A DNA stretch of 64,000 nt from Lama guanicoe (Eukaryota): NCBI GenBank assembly GCA_013239625.1, contig MU053185.1, forward strand, positions 1 to 64,000. Reading direction: 5' to 3'. The position numbers were made by a program, and so were the translations under genes. The notes under the pieces were generated by a model. The model had not been told where the DNA came from. It searched no databases and worked only from the letters and a program-made list of their open reading frames with translations. Of this stretch, positions 63,150-64,000 are shown piece after piece; the first letter of the stretch is position 1; the number at the start of each line of letters is the position of its first letter.

Positions 63150-64000
63150 ACTGATGACTTTAGCACAAGAAATAGAGCATGATGATTCAGCTCTGTCTAG
63201 ACTTTTTAACTTTGGGATCTGCATTTCCACCAAGAGGAAATGCTGTAAGCTTACAGTGGCTTACACCATGGGTATCACCCAGAGTCATCCAGAACTTGAT
63301 TTGACTGGGTAATTAGTCAGGGTGAAACCAAGGAGAACCCTGCAGGGTCCTCCCAGGTACAAAAGCCCCTCTGTGTCCTCTGTCTCTTGTTTGCAGAGAA
63401 ACTGCAGTCTCCCAGGCTTCCCCTGAGTCACAAAAGGCTGACTCAAGACTTGATAATTGAAAGGATGTGAACACGTGGTGATAAGGATGGCAGTCAAGCC
63501 TGGAGGGCTGATGACAGTTTCAACAGGGAATCAGCCATGCAGCAGCCACAGAATCTTTAGTTCCTCCCTCAAGGACAGCGGTAACAGTGTCTGATGCACT
63601 TTCCTGAGTTGTTGTGCAGATACTAAAACAGTGACGAGAGAGAAAAAGCTAACCCCAGACTACAGCCATGACATAAGCTGCTCCATCATGCACAATTCCA
63701 AGAACTGGCCTCAAGGAAATGGAGCAAATCAACCTCGGAGTTAAAGATTCACTTACTTAAAACAATCAAGATGATGCTGATCAGACAACAGCATAACCAG
63801 TTTTATGGTTATAGGAACTAATTGTGCTGTTCTGTACCTACCCCCACACACCTTCAAAAGCTCTTGCCCCTAATCGGCAACGGGGAGTTGGTTCCTTGTG
63901 ACATAACTCCACCTTCTTCCAGGACTTCCCCAATAAAGCTATCTTTCCTTTTACCCAATACTTGTCTCTCAGTATTGGATTCTTGAGCAATGACCAGCCA
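63150..64000 (+). mobile_element. Probable ERV LTR, boundaries uncertain
   Basis: U3-like content; aaaagctcttgcccc; R/U5-like caataaagctatctttcctttt...cttgtctctcagtattgg. Confidence 0.5.

Overview
Mammalian genomic DNA, almost certainly camelid (it carries a vic-1-type tRNA SINE). The PRRG1 ortholog implies an X-linked locus. Bases 1-16864 are the repeat-rich last intron of PRRG1, 16865-17350 is its last coding exon and the 3' UTR runs to about 20860. Downstream is a decayed near-full-length L1 (about 23090-30758, 3' end at 43628-43757), followed by a ~33 kb pile of nested endogenous retroviruses, all on the + strand. The pile holds an Ile-PBS/MER4-like mosaic, a Thr-PBS gamma-like provirus (36908-42900), a class III (ERV-L-like) provirus, an Arg-PBS gamma-like provirus with an envV-like env (48225-58687) and solo LTRs. 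The standout is inside gag of the Thr-PBS provirus: a ~455-nt intronless ATXN7 segment in circularly permuted exon order, with what looks like a back-splice junction. It is bounded on both sides by a KPQA-coding microhomology shared by gag and ATXN7, the expected footprint of retroviral RT copying once round a circATXN7 circular RNA. Gene and family assignments come from recall of known sequences; no searches were run.
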